64,000 nt of DNA from Phyllobates terribilis. Taxonomy: Eukaryota. The translations under genes were made by a program, and so were the position numbers. Shown here one piece after another: positions 1 to 11,009 of the stretch; positions within the stretch are counted from its first letter, which is position 1; every line of letters begins with the position of its first letter. Under the pieces are notes generated by a model. It ran no database searches. It saw only the letters and a list, made by a program, of their open reading frames with translations, and was not told the origin of the DNA. The DNA is taken from positions 358,112,001 to 358,176,000 of the forward strand of contig NW_027362762.1 of assembly GCF_046119375.1 (NCBI RefSeq). The letters are read 5' to 3'.

Positions 1-89
1 TTCATGTGCGGGAACCACGACTATTCGCCTCTACAGTGATGCCGGTGACCTCACCCACAGGTGTACGTACCGGTCACCACCGCTCCGGG

Positions 90-370
90 ATCTTTACATC
101 ACGTCCAGTTAGGCCGCAAAATGTGACGTCAGCGACTTCCGGGGATAAAGCGACGACTTGTTACATAACGCAGCGATAAAAGGAAACGTCAGGGCCCCCA
201 GCACAAGTACAGCCAGTGCCCTCCCCCAACATGGAACCACTGCCCACCGCTCATCGGCGCTGTTTGCGGAAGTGATGTACGCAGGTGACGTCATGAAACT
301 GGTCTCGTGTCTCTCCCCCCCCCCCACTCCTGTCACGTGACTGTAGTGCTTACCTCCAGAGAAGTGAGTT
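90..370. promoter_or_regulatory. CpG-rich promoter-like region (candidate first exon/promoter of FAM172B, possibly shared with a divergent upstream gene)
   Basis: High CpG density, TGACGTCA (CRE-like) motifs at ~124 and ~286, ETS-like ACTTCCGG at ~136, candidate + strand donor GAA|GTGAGT at 364. Gene assignment is inference. Confidence 0.4.
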
Positions 371-458
371 ACTCTGTTTGATGGTTGTTGTGGCCATAGT
401 GCCGGGCGGTATAAGTATGTGTGTGGCGTGAGGGTCTCATCACCTGCTCAGTGCACAC

Positions 459-591
459 NNNNNNNNNNNNNNNNNNNNNNNNNNNNNNNNNNNNNNNNNN
501 NNNNNNNNNNNNNNNNNNNNNNNNNNNNNNNNNNNNNNNNNNNNNNNNNNNNNNNNNNNNNNNNNNNNNNNNNNNNNNNNNNNNNNNNNNN
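459..591. other. Assembly gap (133 N)
   Basis: Run of N. Confidence 0.99.
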
Positions 592-644
592 ACACGTCTA
601 TATGCCGTATACACACACATCACACAATATTGTCAGTACTTGCC

Positions 645-845
645 CCCCCCGCCACCTGTACCTATCACCAGTCCCTGCCGCCCGCCACCTGTACCTACCA
701 CTAGTCCCTGCCGCCAGGCCCTGCTGCCCGCCACCTGTACCTATCACCAGTCCCTGCCGCCCGCCACCTGTACCTACCACCAGTCCCTGCCGCCAGGCCC
801 TGCTGCCCGCCACCTGTACCTACCACCTGACCCTGCCACCCGCCA
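645..845 (+). repeat. C-rich minisatellite, ~33-bp unit (CCCGCCACCTGTACCTA(T/C)CACCAGTCCCTGCCG variants)
   Basis: About 5 degenerate tandem copies visible. Confidence 0.85.
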
Positions 846-1071
846 GCAGTCATGCCTGCACCACCTCTTTTGCTTAGAAGTTGTTGATGAAGTGCAGTTT
901 TCTAATTCGGCTGAATTGAGCCAATGGCTTGAAAAAACAGATATAAATGGAAGAAAAAATCTGGTTCCGGGAAATAGAAGTTTCCAAAAATATTTTTTAT
1001 TCGTAGAAAAATAGTTCAAAACAGTACAGGCAATGAAATAAGATTCGATGGGAAAATCACATCATAAGAAC

Positions 1072-1116
1072 CAGCTACGCGTTTCGAGCATGTTGCTATG
1101 CTCTTTGTCAAAGCTG
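1072..1116 (-). ncRNA. Variant minimal type I hammerhead ribozyme (3' pseudo-LTR)
   Basis: Minus strand CAGC-T-TTGACAAA-GAGCAT/agcaac/ATGCTC-GAAA-CGCG-TA-GCTG gives stem I, variant core, 6-bp stem II, GAAA, palindromic stem III and a GUA site. Confidence 0.75.
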
Positions 1117-1472
1117 ATAAACTGATGGTCAGACAAGGTATATATATACTGGACTGCCAATCAGGAAAGCAGGTTTGAAACGTGAGCATTATATCAAGTC
1201 ACACATGAAGAATAATAAACTAATTAAAATACAGAAGGAAAAAGACAGGAAAAAACTACCATACAAAATTACAGTACAGACCAAAAGTTTGGACACACCT
1301 TAAAGATTTTTCTGCATTTTCATAACTTTGAAAATTGTACATCCACACTGAAGGCATCAAAACTATGAATTAACACATGTGGAATTATATACTTAACAAA
1401 AAAGTGTGAAACAACTGAAAATATGTCTTATATTCTAGGTTCTTCAAAGTAGCCACCTTTTGCTTTGATGAC

Positions 1473-2659
1473 TGTAACGCGCCCCCTGGGCCGTGGGGTA
1501 CCCAGTCCCGGGCCGGCAGATGCTGGGGGTTGTAGTCACTGTGGCGGTGACCCAGGGCGGTCAATACAAGGGGAATGATATGTATAGGTTTTTATAATGT
1601 CCGACTACACCACCTGTGGAATGCGGCTAAAGGGGGCCGCCGCTGTGGAACAGTCCTCTGAAGCTGGTGGTTTTGCAGCAATGATGGTATAACTCCCCAC
1701 AGGAAGAGTTAGCTCCAGGGCAGTGTGTGGATGATGGTGGTTGTGCTGGGCGTTGTAGTGCAGTGAGGGATGGCGCAGCAAAGAACACAGAGACAAGATA
1801 GTGCAGTCCCAGGGTCTTTACTCACAGTTGTTGCAGTCCAGATAACAGGTACCAGAGCAATCTCCCCCGTCGTGCTGTGCGTACTCAGTGAGGGGCTCTG
1901 TCCACCCCCAGATAGCTCTGGAGTACTTAGCAGGACCCCCTTCTGTGTCCTTTCTCTGGCCTCTTTCCTGCACCTCACACCTAGTGACTCCAATCCGGTA
2001 CCCGCGGGCCTTGGCAGGCGACATATGTTCCGTCCCCTGGGTCCTATGTGGCTACCTTCTCGGTGAGACTGGCGTGGACTTTTGGCTACAGGACTTAAAG
2101 TACTGCAGCCTCCGGTTTCTAGCTAAGACTTGCAATCTTTCACTAGTTGATGGATCCGGTTCCCTTCTTCTGGCCTGACCCCTCCACCTCCCGGCAGATT
2201 CGGGCGTACGGGTGGCCTCCAGCGCTGCTCGTACCCCTGGGATCCCTTCTTCCTGGAGCCTTCCTGCTCCCTCTCCTCTCCTTCTCTTCAGACTTGGGCC
2301 TCACTGTACAGGCCCGCCTCTGGAGCAGAGCTCATACAGAGCCTCGGCTCCTGTCACTTCTCCTCCTGTGACTGGCTGAACTGAACTAAGATGGTTTCCT
2401 ATTTATGCTCTCCCTGTCATGTGCTCCCGTAAGCTACCTTCTCCACGCACACCCACTACATAGTCCCCTCCCGCCAGCTAGGGAACCTGGAACTGTGCTT
2501 TCCCTTAGGAGCAATATCGCCCTACCCCCACTGCGGGTATGTGTTGGATGCAGGTGTTAGGGTCCTGAGCTGTACTCCTTCCTTACCTGAGGGTGAGATA
2601 CCACACCTCTGGGTGAGATGCAGTACCTCTGTGGCGACTGAACCCTCAGGGGCGCCACA
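1473..2659. mobile_element. Solo LTR (Gypsy-like), ~1.19 kb, inserted in the Tc1 left TIR/transposase C-terminus
   Basis: TGT...ACA termini with short inverted ends (TGTAACGCGCCCC / GGGGCGCCACA). Flanks rejoin to the Tc1 sequence seen intact in the right TIR (4722-4770). Confidence 0.75.
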
Positions 2660-3417
2660 ACTGCTTTGCACACTCTTGGCATTCTCTTGATGAGCTTCAA
2701 GAGGTAGTCACCGGAAATGGTCTTCCAACAATCTTGAAGGAGTTCCCAGAGATGCTTAGCACTTGTTGGCCCTTTTGCCTTCACTCTGCGGTCCAGCTCA
2801 CCCCAAACCATCTCGATTGGGTTCAGCTCTGGTGACTGTGGAGGCTAGGTCATCTGGCATAGCACCCCATCACTCTCCTTCTTAGTCAAATAGCCCTTAC
2901 ACAGCCTGGAGGTGTGTTTGGTGTCATTGTCCTGTTGAAAAATAAATGATGGTCCAACTAAACGCAAACCGGATGGAATAGCATGCCGCTGCAAGATGCT
3001 GTGGTAGCCATGCTGGTTCAGTATGCCTTCAATCTTGAATAAATCCCCAACAATGTCACCAGCAAAGCACCCCCTCACTATCACACCCCCTCCTCCATGC
3101 TTCACGGTGGGAACCAGGCATGTAGAGTCCATCCGTTCACCTTTTCTGCGTCGCACAAAGACACGGTGGTTGAAACCAAATTTGGACTCATCAGACCAAA
3201 AGCACAGATTTCCACTGGTCTGTTGTCCATTCCTTGTTTTCTTTAGCCCAAACAAGTCTCTTCTGCTTGTTGCCTGTCCTTAGCAGTGGTTTCCTAGCAG
3301 ATATTTTACCATGAAGGCCTGCTGCACAAAGTCTCCTCTTAACAGTTGTTGTAGAGATGTGTCTGCTGCTAGAACTCTGTGTGGCATTGACCTTGTCTCT
3401 AATCTGAGCTGCTGTTA

Positions 3418-4280
3418 GGCTGAGTTCACACGATGCGTATTTCATGCGTTTCCGCGGCATTTTTGCAGTTGCGTAAACGCCGTGGAAACGCATGAAAAAA
3501 CGCATGGTAGAAGGGAAGCAATGTTCCCCAATTGAAATCCGCATGTGCTGTGCCCATGATGCGGATTTTTCCGCAGCGTAAACGCTGCGCTCAAAAATCC
3601 GCAGCATGTCATTTAATTTTGCGGAAACGCGGCGTTTTCGCCGCCATTGACTTGCATTAGAACGCGCCAATTCCGCAAGACTGCATCTGTACTTGCGTTA
3701 TTGGCGCGTTCTAATGTGCGGATGGTACCCGAGTGTGGAGGAGAGGAGAGTCTCATCCACACCCAGGTACCATTAAAAAAGCTGTAAAAAACAAGAATAA
3801 AATAAAAAAAAAAAATATATATATATATATATATACTTACCATCTGTCGGCCCGCGCACCGCTCCTGCTTGCTTCCCGGCACTTGCAGTGAGTTGTAGGA
3901 CCTGCGGTGACGTCAGAGTCATGTGACGGGTCACGTGACGCTGACGTCGGCAGGTCTTTCAATTCAAAGTTGCTGGCAGCTGGGAGAACGGAGTGAGCAG
4001 GACAGCGCGGGCCATCGGAGGTAAGTATATACACTCTCTCGGGTCACACTATATAAATCCATGCTGTTTGCATGGATTTATATAGTGTGACCTAGTTGTC
4101 AAGACATTTCCAGGTGATGCTAAAATCGCCTGGAAAGCGCTTGTCAATCTGCATGTGGAAACGCATGTGGATCCGCATGTATTCTGCAGGAAAAACGCAT
4201 GCACAATCTGCATGCGTTTTTTTTCTGCCAGGGAGATGCAGAAATTTTCTGCTTCATTTCTGCATCGTGTGCACATAGCC
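3418..4280. mobile_element. PIF/Harbinger-type MITE (863 bp) inserted in the Tc1 transposase
   Basis: TTA TSD on both sides (3415-17, 4281-83). TIRs GGCTGAGTTCACAC / GTGTGCACATAGCC. Flanks rejoin as GCTG-TTA-ACCTG. Confidence 0.85.
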
Positions 4281-5024
4281 TTAACCTGCGATTTCTGATG
4301 GTGGTGACTCGGATAAACTTATCCTCAGAAGCAGAGGTGACTCTTGGTCTTGCTTTCCTGGGGCGGTCCTCATGTGAGCCAGTTTCTTTGTAGCGATTGA
4401 TGGTTTTTGCAACTGCACTTGGGGACACTTTAAAAGTTTGCCCAATTTTTCGCACTGACTGACCTTCATTTCTTAAAGTAATGATGGCCACTCGTTTTTC
4501 TTTACTTAGCTGCTTTTTTCTTGCCATAATACAAATTCTAACAGTCTATTCAGTAGGACTATCAGCTGTGTATCCACCTGACTTCTGCACAACACAACTG
4601 ATGGTCCCAACCCCATTTATAAGGCAAGTAATCCCACTTATTAAACCTGACAGGGCACACCTGTGAAGTGAAAACCATTTCCGGTGACTACCTCTTGAAG
4701 CTCATCAAGAGAATGCCAAGAGTGTGCAAAGCAGTCATCAAAGCAAAAGGTGGCTACTTTGAAGAACCTAGACTATAAGACATATTTTCAGTTGTTTCAC
4801 ACTTTTTTGTTAAGTATATAATTCCACATGTGTTAATTCATAGTTTTGATGCCTTCAGTGTGAATGTACAATTTTCAAAGTCATGAAAATACAGAAAAAT
4901 CTTTAAATGAGAAGGTGTGTCCAAACTTTTGGTCTGTACTGTATGTTTGAACATTCCAAAAGAATAATATGAAAGCATACAAAAAATCAAGACATGCAAA
5001 TATATAGAATAAAAGGAAATTCAC

Positions 5025-7423
5025 TTAGGTATAATGATACATAATCTCCCGACGTGCATTAAGACCATTAGGATGATCGCAAAATGCTTCTCTGGTAAGA
5101 AGATGTCGTCTGCGATCGCCCCCTCTCTGCATATGCTTAAGCCGTTCAATACCAAACACTTGTAAAGCATGGGTGTTTCTCTGATGTCGTTCAATAAAAT
5201 GTTTAGAAGCATGTGAAACATTCCGATTACTGCTACAAAGAGAAAAAATATCAGTCAAGTGTTCAGAAATACGGTCTTTCAATCTCCTGATGGTACATCC
5301 TACATAGATCAATTTACACTCCTTACATGATATAATATAAACCACTCCTCTAGTATTACAATTGATATATGTCTTAATGGGGAATGATTTGGTATAAGAG
5401 GAATTGAAAAACTCTTTTGCTGGAATCATGTGGCTGCACGTGCGGCATTTAGCCTGACCACAACCATAAAATCCCTGAAAGTTAAGCCATGTGGTCCTTT
5501 TTTTGACTGAAGAAAACAGAGATGGGGACAACACGTTGCCAATGGTTTTCCCTTTACGTGCTACAACAGAACACCCTGAATTTAAACTCTTAGATAAAAT
5601 GGGATCTTCAAATAGAATGGGTAAATGTTTGATTTAATCGCTGAAAATTCAGTACTATATTGTAGGGATAGAACCAATTTGTTTTTCTGTACCTTGCTAT
5701 TCCCATCGTGACGGACAATGTTATGTCTGTCTTTATTCTGTGATGTTCCGTTCCTGTTGTTATGAATATCAATATCTGAGTTATTCCCACTGACAATGTG
5801 TTGGCCCCTATTAAAAATCCATTTCGGATAACCACGTCGGATGAAATTGGTTTTAGAGCTGGATAATTCACCATCTAATATTTGTGCATTATTGCAATTT
5901 CTTGCTATATGTGTGAATTCACCCACTGGCACTGCTTTTATTGTGTGACGTGGGTGACTACTACTAGCATGCAAAATGGTATTACCAGAAAGAGGTTTAC
6001 AATAGGTACTTGTGGCAATGTTTTTATTAGAGATGCCGCACAAATTTAAATCCAAAAATGAAATATTATTTTTCTGGTGCTGATATGTGAAAGTAAGATT
6101 ACAATGATTGATATTCAAATAATGTATAAATTCGGGTATGGGAGATACATCGATGACCAACTCATCATATGGTCTGGCGATGTATCTGCCATACCAATAA
6201 ATATGTCCCAAAAAAGGATTGTCACAATACAAATAGCTCTCCTCCCAATAAGCCATAACCAGATTTGCCAACGAAGGTGAATATTTTGTCCCCATAGAAA
6301 CACCCCTGATTTGTATGTAAAATTGGCCATCGAAGGAGAAGTAATTAACTGTCATTAGAACGTCAACAACCTGTATGACAAAATTGCAAAGATCTGGTGA
6401 ATATTTACTGTAATTACCCAAATGGAAAGACAACGCCTCGAGAGCAATTTCCGGTGGAATAGATGTATATAGAGCAACAATATCACAGGAGATCCAACTG
6501 TAGTTCTCCTGCCACACTATATGGGATAGCTGCTCCAGAACATCACCTGTGTCCTGTAGAAAGCCGGGCGTCCTCTGTGACAGAGGCTGCAACAAGGAGT
6601 CCACCCACTCGCCCAGTGTCTCAGAGACTGAGCCGATACCCGATATAATGGGTTGCATAGGTGGAGGAGTGATCCCCTTGTGCACCTTGGGCAAAGCGTG
6701 CATGAATAGGGGTGACTGGAAAATCCACCTGCATATAATCACATTGGGTTTGAGTTAGAATGCCCAAAGACAAGCCATCCTGCTGGATATTGTTAATTTT
6801 TGTGGCAATATTTTTGACTGGATCACACTGCAATTTCATATAGGTGGTGGAATCACTTAATAGTGTTAGAATTTGGCATCTGTAAACATCTGAGTCCAAA
6901 ACAACCACCAGGCCGCATTTGTCAGTCATACGTGTCACAATATGATCCATATCTCGCAATTCTTGCAAAGCTTTTTGTTGATTTTTAGACAGATTGTGTT
7001 TTTTGTGATGTGTGCGATCACTATATGCCAGAATCCTAAATTCTCTTTCCATGGTTTCCTGGAACCGGTCCATACAATCAACACTGGGTTGAAGAGGATA
7101 AAAAAAGGGGTTCTTGGTTACAAAGGACGTCGCCTGCGATATTAATTCAGGTGCTGATGATTGATCTTGTAAATTCTGCAATTGTAATAGAGCCTTTTGT
7201 TCTTCAAATTTTAAAAGTCTATATTCATTTTTGATTGGCCGGGTGGAAACGTCCATTTGTGGTTCAGATTCAGAAAAAAAAATTTTTTTTTTATAGTCAC
7301 ATTGCGTATAAATTTATTGAGGTCAATGAGAGTAGAAAAAAGGTCAAAGTGTCTGTCTGGTACAAAAGAAAAACCCAGTGATAGGACTTCGTCCTGATCT
7401 TTAGCTAGTATCTGTTTTGACAA
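5025..7423 (-). pseudogene. Penelope-like RT-GIY-YIG polyprotein, frameshifted into several ORFs (7211-7423, 6621-7256, 5582-6742, 5025-5534)
   Basis: LSLGFSFVP N-terminal motif, RT palm motifs, thumb (HASSSHP..TIKAVPVGEF), GCGQAKCRTCSH linker, GVVYIISCKECKLIYVGCT..RLKDRISEH endonuclease. Confidence 0.88.
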
Positions 7424-7490
7424 ATTGAGAACGTTTGAGGTGTATTCATTTATGGTCGTTGCTTGCGGCGAGTTGTCATACCCGCAGGAT

Positions 7491-8216
7491 TTAATATGTT
7501 TGCGGCCACCTCTCCTTTTGCATTTTTTGCATATTTAGAAGCTTTTGCTTTACGATAATATGATGGCTTATTCCTATTTTCCACATCAATATTGATATCA
7601 TCCATTGATTCCTGATCTGAAGAACTAAATGAAACATGTAATTATAGTTATTTCTTCTTTTTAAGATTGATTTAGGTGAGAGGGAGGTACGAGACCATCT
7701 ACCCCATTCATACACTTGATGTGAAGCATAATCATTGCTGTCCCTGAGGAATTTGTCTTTTTTCCTCATCCTGATAGTAGATTCCGTTTTCTCCACCATA
7801 GAATCAATGCGTTTATTAAAGTCCTGATAATCAGGTTTATCTTTATGTTGTTCCAAGGAGGCATGAATATTAGATATTTCAGTTCGTAAGCTGTTAAGCT
7901 TCGAATCCTCTTGTTTAACAAAGAGTCTCATCAAATTCATGGAACAACCCGTCAATATTTGATTCCAATCGGTGACAACATTTTCTGAATAAATAGTAGT
8001 CGGAATCTTTTTTATTCTGAGGCCTCTTGGGATCATATTTTTTTGCAAATAATTTGTAAGTGTAGTTTGATCCCACCACACCTTCATCTCACTAAGCATT
8101 AACTTCTCGAGCTGTTTAAATAGCAAAGTCATATCATTTGAAACGGGTGTCTTCAGGGGATCAGAAGAAAAAACACTCTCAGCTTTTCTAAATCGTTCAG
8201 CCTGAGAACACGCCAT
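7491..8216 (-). CDS. Upstream ORF (ORF1-like, 241 aa) of the Penelope-like element
   Basis: Intact long ORF between the 5' pseudo-LTR and the RT frames, with WWD..L..YL...MIPRGLRI motif and a predicted coiled-coil-like region. Confidence 0.65.
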   Translation of the reverse strand: MACSQAERFRKAESVFSSDPLKTPVSNDMTLLFKQLEKLMLSEMKVWWDQTTLTNYLQKNMIPRGLRIKKIPTTIYSENVVTDWNQILTGCSMNLMRLFVKQEDSKLNSLRTEISNIHASLEQHKDKPDYQDFNKRIDSMVEKTESTIRMRKKDKFLRDSNDYASHQVYEWGRWSRTSLSPKSILKRRNNYNYMFHLVLQIRNQWMISILMWKIGISHHIIVKQKLLNMQKMQKERWPQTY

Positions 8217-8629
8217 TTGCTAATTCAGAAAAAAACTGCACCAATAAATATTCTGTTTTGAGTCTTTTGATTTTTTTAAATGGAGCTGTGAAAAAAACAA
8301 AAAAATCTCTTCAGGAAAAAAAGTGTATTTTCAATATTACTACAAGAACCTGCTGGTTCAAAAAAATGGGATTTCTGTGAGCTCGAAAAAATGACCAAAT
8401 ACAAGATAGAAAGTAAAAATAATTCAGCTCACCTGGTTCTCACATGCTCCTGATGCAGGGAAGCCCGGTAACGTGCGGTCTCACGTAAAAGGTAACAATA
8501 TAACTGGAAGAAAAAAACGGCTTCCGGGAAATAGAAGTTTCCAAAAAGATTTTTTTATTCGTAGAAAAATATTTCAAAACAGTACAGGCAATGAAATAAG
8601 ATTCAATGGGAATATCACATCATAAGAAC

Positions 8630-8674
8630 CAGCTACGCGTTTCGAGCATGTTGCTATGCTCTTTGTCAAAGCTG
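8630..8674 (-). ncRNA. Variant minimal type I hammerhead ribozyme (5' pseudo-LTR)
   Basis: Identical motif to 1072-1116. Confidence 0.75.
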
Positions 8675-9413
8675 ATAAAAACCAGGACTTCACTGGCACA
8701 GGGTTATTGCCATGAGGCGAGCTATTCCCGAGCCCCTTACCACAGGGACCCACCGATGCTGAGCATAGAGTTCTGAGACGCCCCATTAGATTGGAGCGGT
8801 GGTCATACATGTTCACAGCCGCCCCATTCATTGTGGAATTGTCAGTGTGCCGTAGAGTATGTGTGTGTGGCCACTGCTCCAGTCACTGTCTGACAGAGGC
8901 AGCCGGGTACAGCACTCGCCTATCTCCTGCAGTCCCATAGACAATGAGTGGAGTGGTGGCCACACACTGTCACATCTGTTTTTCCCTGAACAGTGAATGG
9001 TGCGGCTATGAGTATGCCTGGTCACCACACCAATCTAATGGGGCATTACAGAACTCTACTTTCAGGATCAGTGGGGTCCTGACTCCCATTGATCAGTGGG
9101 ATGACATCTATCCTGTGGCTAGGTAATGTCTTGGTATGGTGGGAATAACCCTTTCAATCCCTTGCCTCTACAGTGCTCTTCACAGACCTATAGAAGTAAA
9201 CAGACTGGTGGGCAGCACAGGAGCAGCAGAGGACTCATCAGGTAAGTAATTAGTCTTTTGTTATTTTATACCACTTACTCTCTTTACCCTAATATTTGCC
9301 AATCCCCTGAAAACCTCTTTTAATACTTGTATTGTTAAGTGGCCAGTCAGACATTGTATTCATTTACATTTGAGCCAAATTTCTCACTCTGATACTTAAA
9401 CACTAGAATCCAT

Positions 9414-10199
9414 TAAAGAGGTTTTCCAGTTTGAGAAAACCCCGGTCCCCTAGCTGCAGTTGGTTTTAAAAAGGCAATCTGTGCTTTACTCTCCCTCCTA
9501 GGGTCCAGTTCTGCGTCTCCTCCGCTGTTCCCAGTGTCTGTTATTGTCTGCAGCACTAACGTCACGTCAGCAGCCAGTAACTGAGCTCTGCCCAAGATGA
9601 CAGCACAAACCTCGAAACCCACTGATTGGCTGCAGCGCTACTGTTGTGATGCCGGCGCTGCAGACAATAACCATCAGTGAGCTCATCGGTTCATGCTGTC
9701 AACTTGACCAGAAATCCGTTTTTGGCTCCCTTGCTGTGGACGTGATGTTAACACTAACTAAAACAAACAGCAGGGAGACAACATTGGACCCGGGGAGGGT
9801 GAGTAAAGAACAATTGTTTATTTGTTCTTTTTTTAAACAAATTGCAGTTGAGAGGTTTTTTTTTTAAAACTGGAAAATTCCTTTAAAGAAGCACTCCCAT
9901 CAAAATGTGTTTTATTCCCTTAATATATTATACGTGATTTAAAACGGACTTGCTGAATCCTTCTAATATCATCTCAAAAGTCCCTGGCAGGGGGGCGGAG
10001 GAGGGAGCAGCTGGGTCAGGAGTTGAACAGGGGAATGATAAATTCAGGGAAAAGAGACTTCCTGTTTCTACATAAAGAGAAGAATTATCTGTATAGAAAG
10101 GCGAAATGAGCAGTTGTAAGTACATAGTGCCATATAATATGATGACTGCAATATATTAAGAGGATAAAAACTTTGATGGGAGGTGGAGTGCTTCTTTAA
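9414..10199. mobile_element. Two adjacent T2/Kolobok-type MITEs sharing a TTAA site (~9414-9886 and ~9886-10199)
   Basis: TTAAAGAGGTTTTCCAG...CTGGAAAATTCCTTTAA, then TTAAAGAAGCACTCCCATCAAA...TTTGATGGGAGGTGGAGTGCTTCTTTAA. Confidence 0.75.
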
Positions 10200-10615
10200 G
10201 CATATATAGTTTGTTACTGGGTAACAGATATTACCTTCTTATTTCCCCACTTTTCACGTTATTTTCTGTCTGAACATTTTACAAATAATTAATATTAGTT
10301 ATGTAAATAATGTTATGCCTACATACAGAGGAAGTACAGGTGAAGCCTCTTTTAAATTAGCACATATCACGATGCAGAACTCTTAAGACACCACAAGCCA
10401 TTGAACTTGTAAAGTTAGGTGTTGAGTTACACTTTTTTGCATTGAGATATGTTTGTCTTTTAAGAAGTGCTACATTTGAATATACCATCTGCGGCCTCCT
10501 TCCACAGGGGCAGCAGACTGCAGCTGAGGGTGGTCATTTAGTAACACATGGGTATATAGGGGCACGGCTAGGGTGTACAGGCCTTTTGGCATTTACGCTG
10601 TAATGGCCTATGCTT

Positions 10616-11009
10616 AAATGGAACCTGTCACCATGATAATGCAGACACCATGTTATACAGCAGGAGGAGCTGATCATATAGGTTTGTTGGAAAAGATTCT
10701 AAATTACCTGTGCTTTAATCCTATAATCCTTTGCTCTTTCTGGGATTTTGGGTCCACTGGGCGGTTCCATCAGTGACTGACAGTTAGCCCCGTATGCACA
10801 CTTATACAGAGAAAGCTGTCAGTCACTGATAGGACCGCTCACTGGACTGAAAATCCCAGAAAGATCAAAGGATTATATGACTAAAACACAAGTTATACTG
10901 AATCTTTTCTCACAAAACTATATATCAATCTTCTCAGCTCCTCCTGTTCTATAACAATGTGCTGCCTGCAAATTGGACTGTATTATCATAGTGACAGGTT
11001 CCCTTTAAC
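10616..11009. mobile_element. T2/Kolobok-type MITE
   Basis: TTAAATGGAACCTGTCAC...GTGACAGGTTCCCTTTAA termini and an internal palindrome. Confidence 0.75.

Larger units (their letters stand above)
1272..4941 (-). mobile_element. Tc1-superfamily DD38E (Intruder-like) transposon carrying two nested insertions
   Basis: TA flanks (1270-71, 4942-43). Long TIRs CAGTACAGACCAAAAGTTTGGACACACC. Transposase fragments from ATG 4527 to stop ~1428 (MARKKQLSKEKR..., WSDESKF, QQDND, PPQSPELNPIE) with 38 residues between D2 and E and an internal TAG. Confidence 0.92.
940..8678 (-). mobile_element. Penelope-like retroelement (Neptune-type, RT + GIY-YIG), degenerate, bounded by ~175-bp direct pseudo-LTRs and interrupted by a Tc1 element
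   Basis: RT motifs (LVSCDIVALYT-like, QIRGVSMGTKYSPSLANL, YIDD), C-x4-C-x2-C linker and GIY-YIG domain on the minus strand. Direct repeats at ~947-1120 and ~8504-8678. Confidence 0.9.

Noticed and set aside
369-1014. Pro-rich ORFs spanning the N gap
   Set aside because: Produced by unknown bases and the 33-bp minisatellite
6077-6280. Plus-strand ORF containing YGRYIDD as a separate RT gene
   Set aside because: Only the inverted 25-nt loop and its arms are RT-like; it is explained by the micro-inversion
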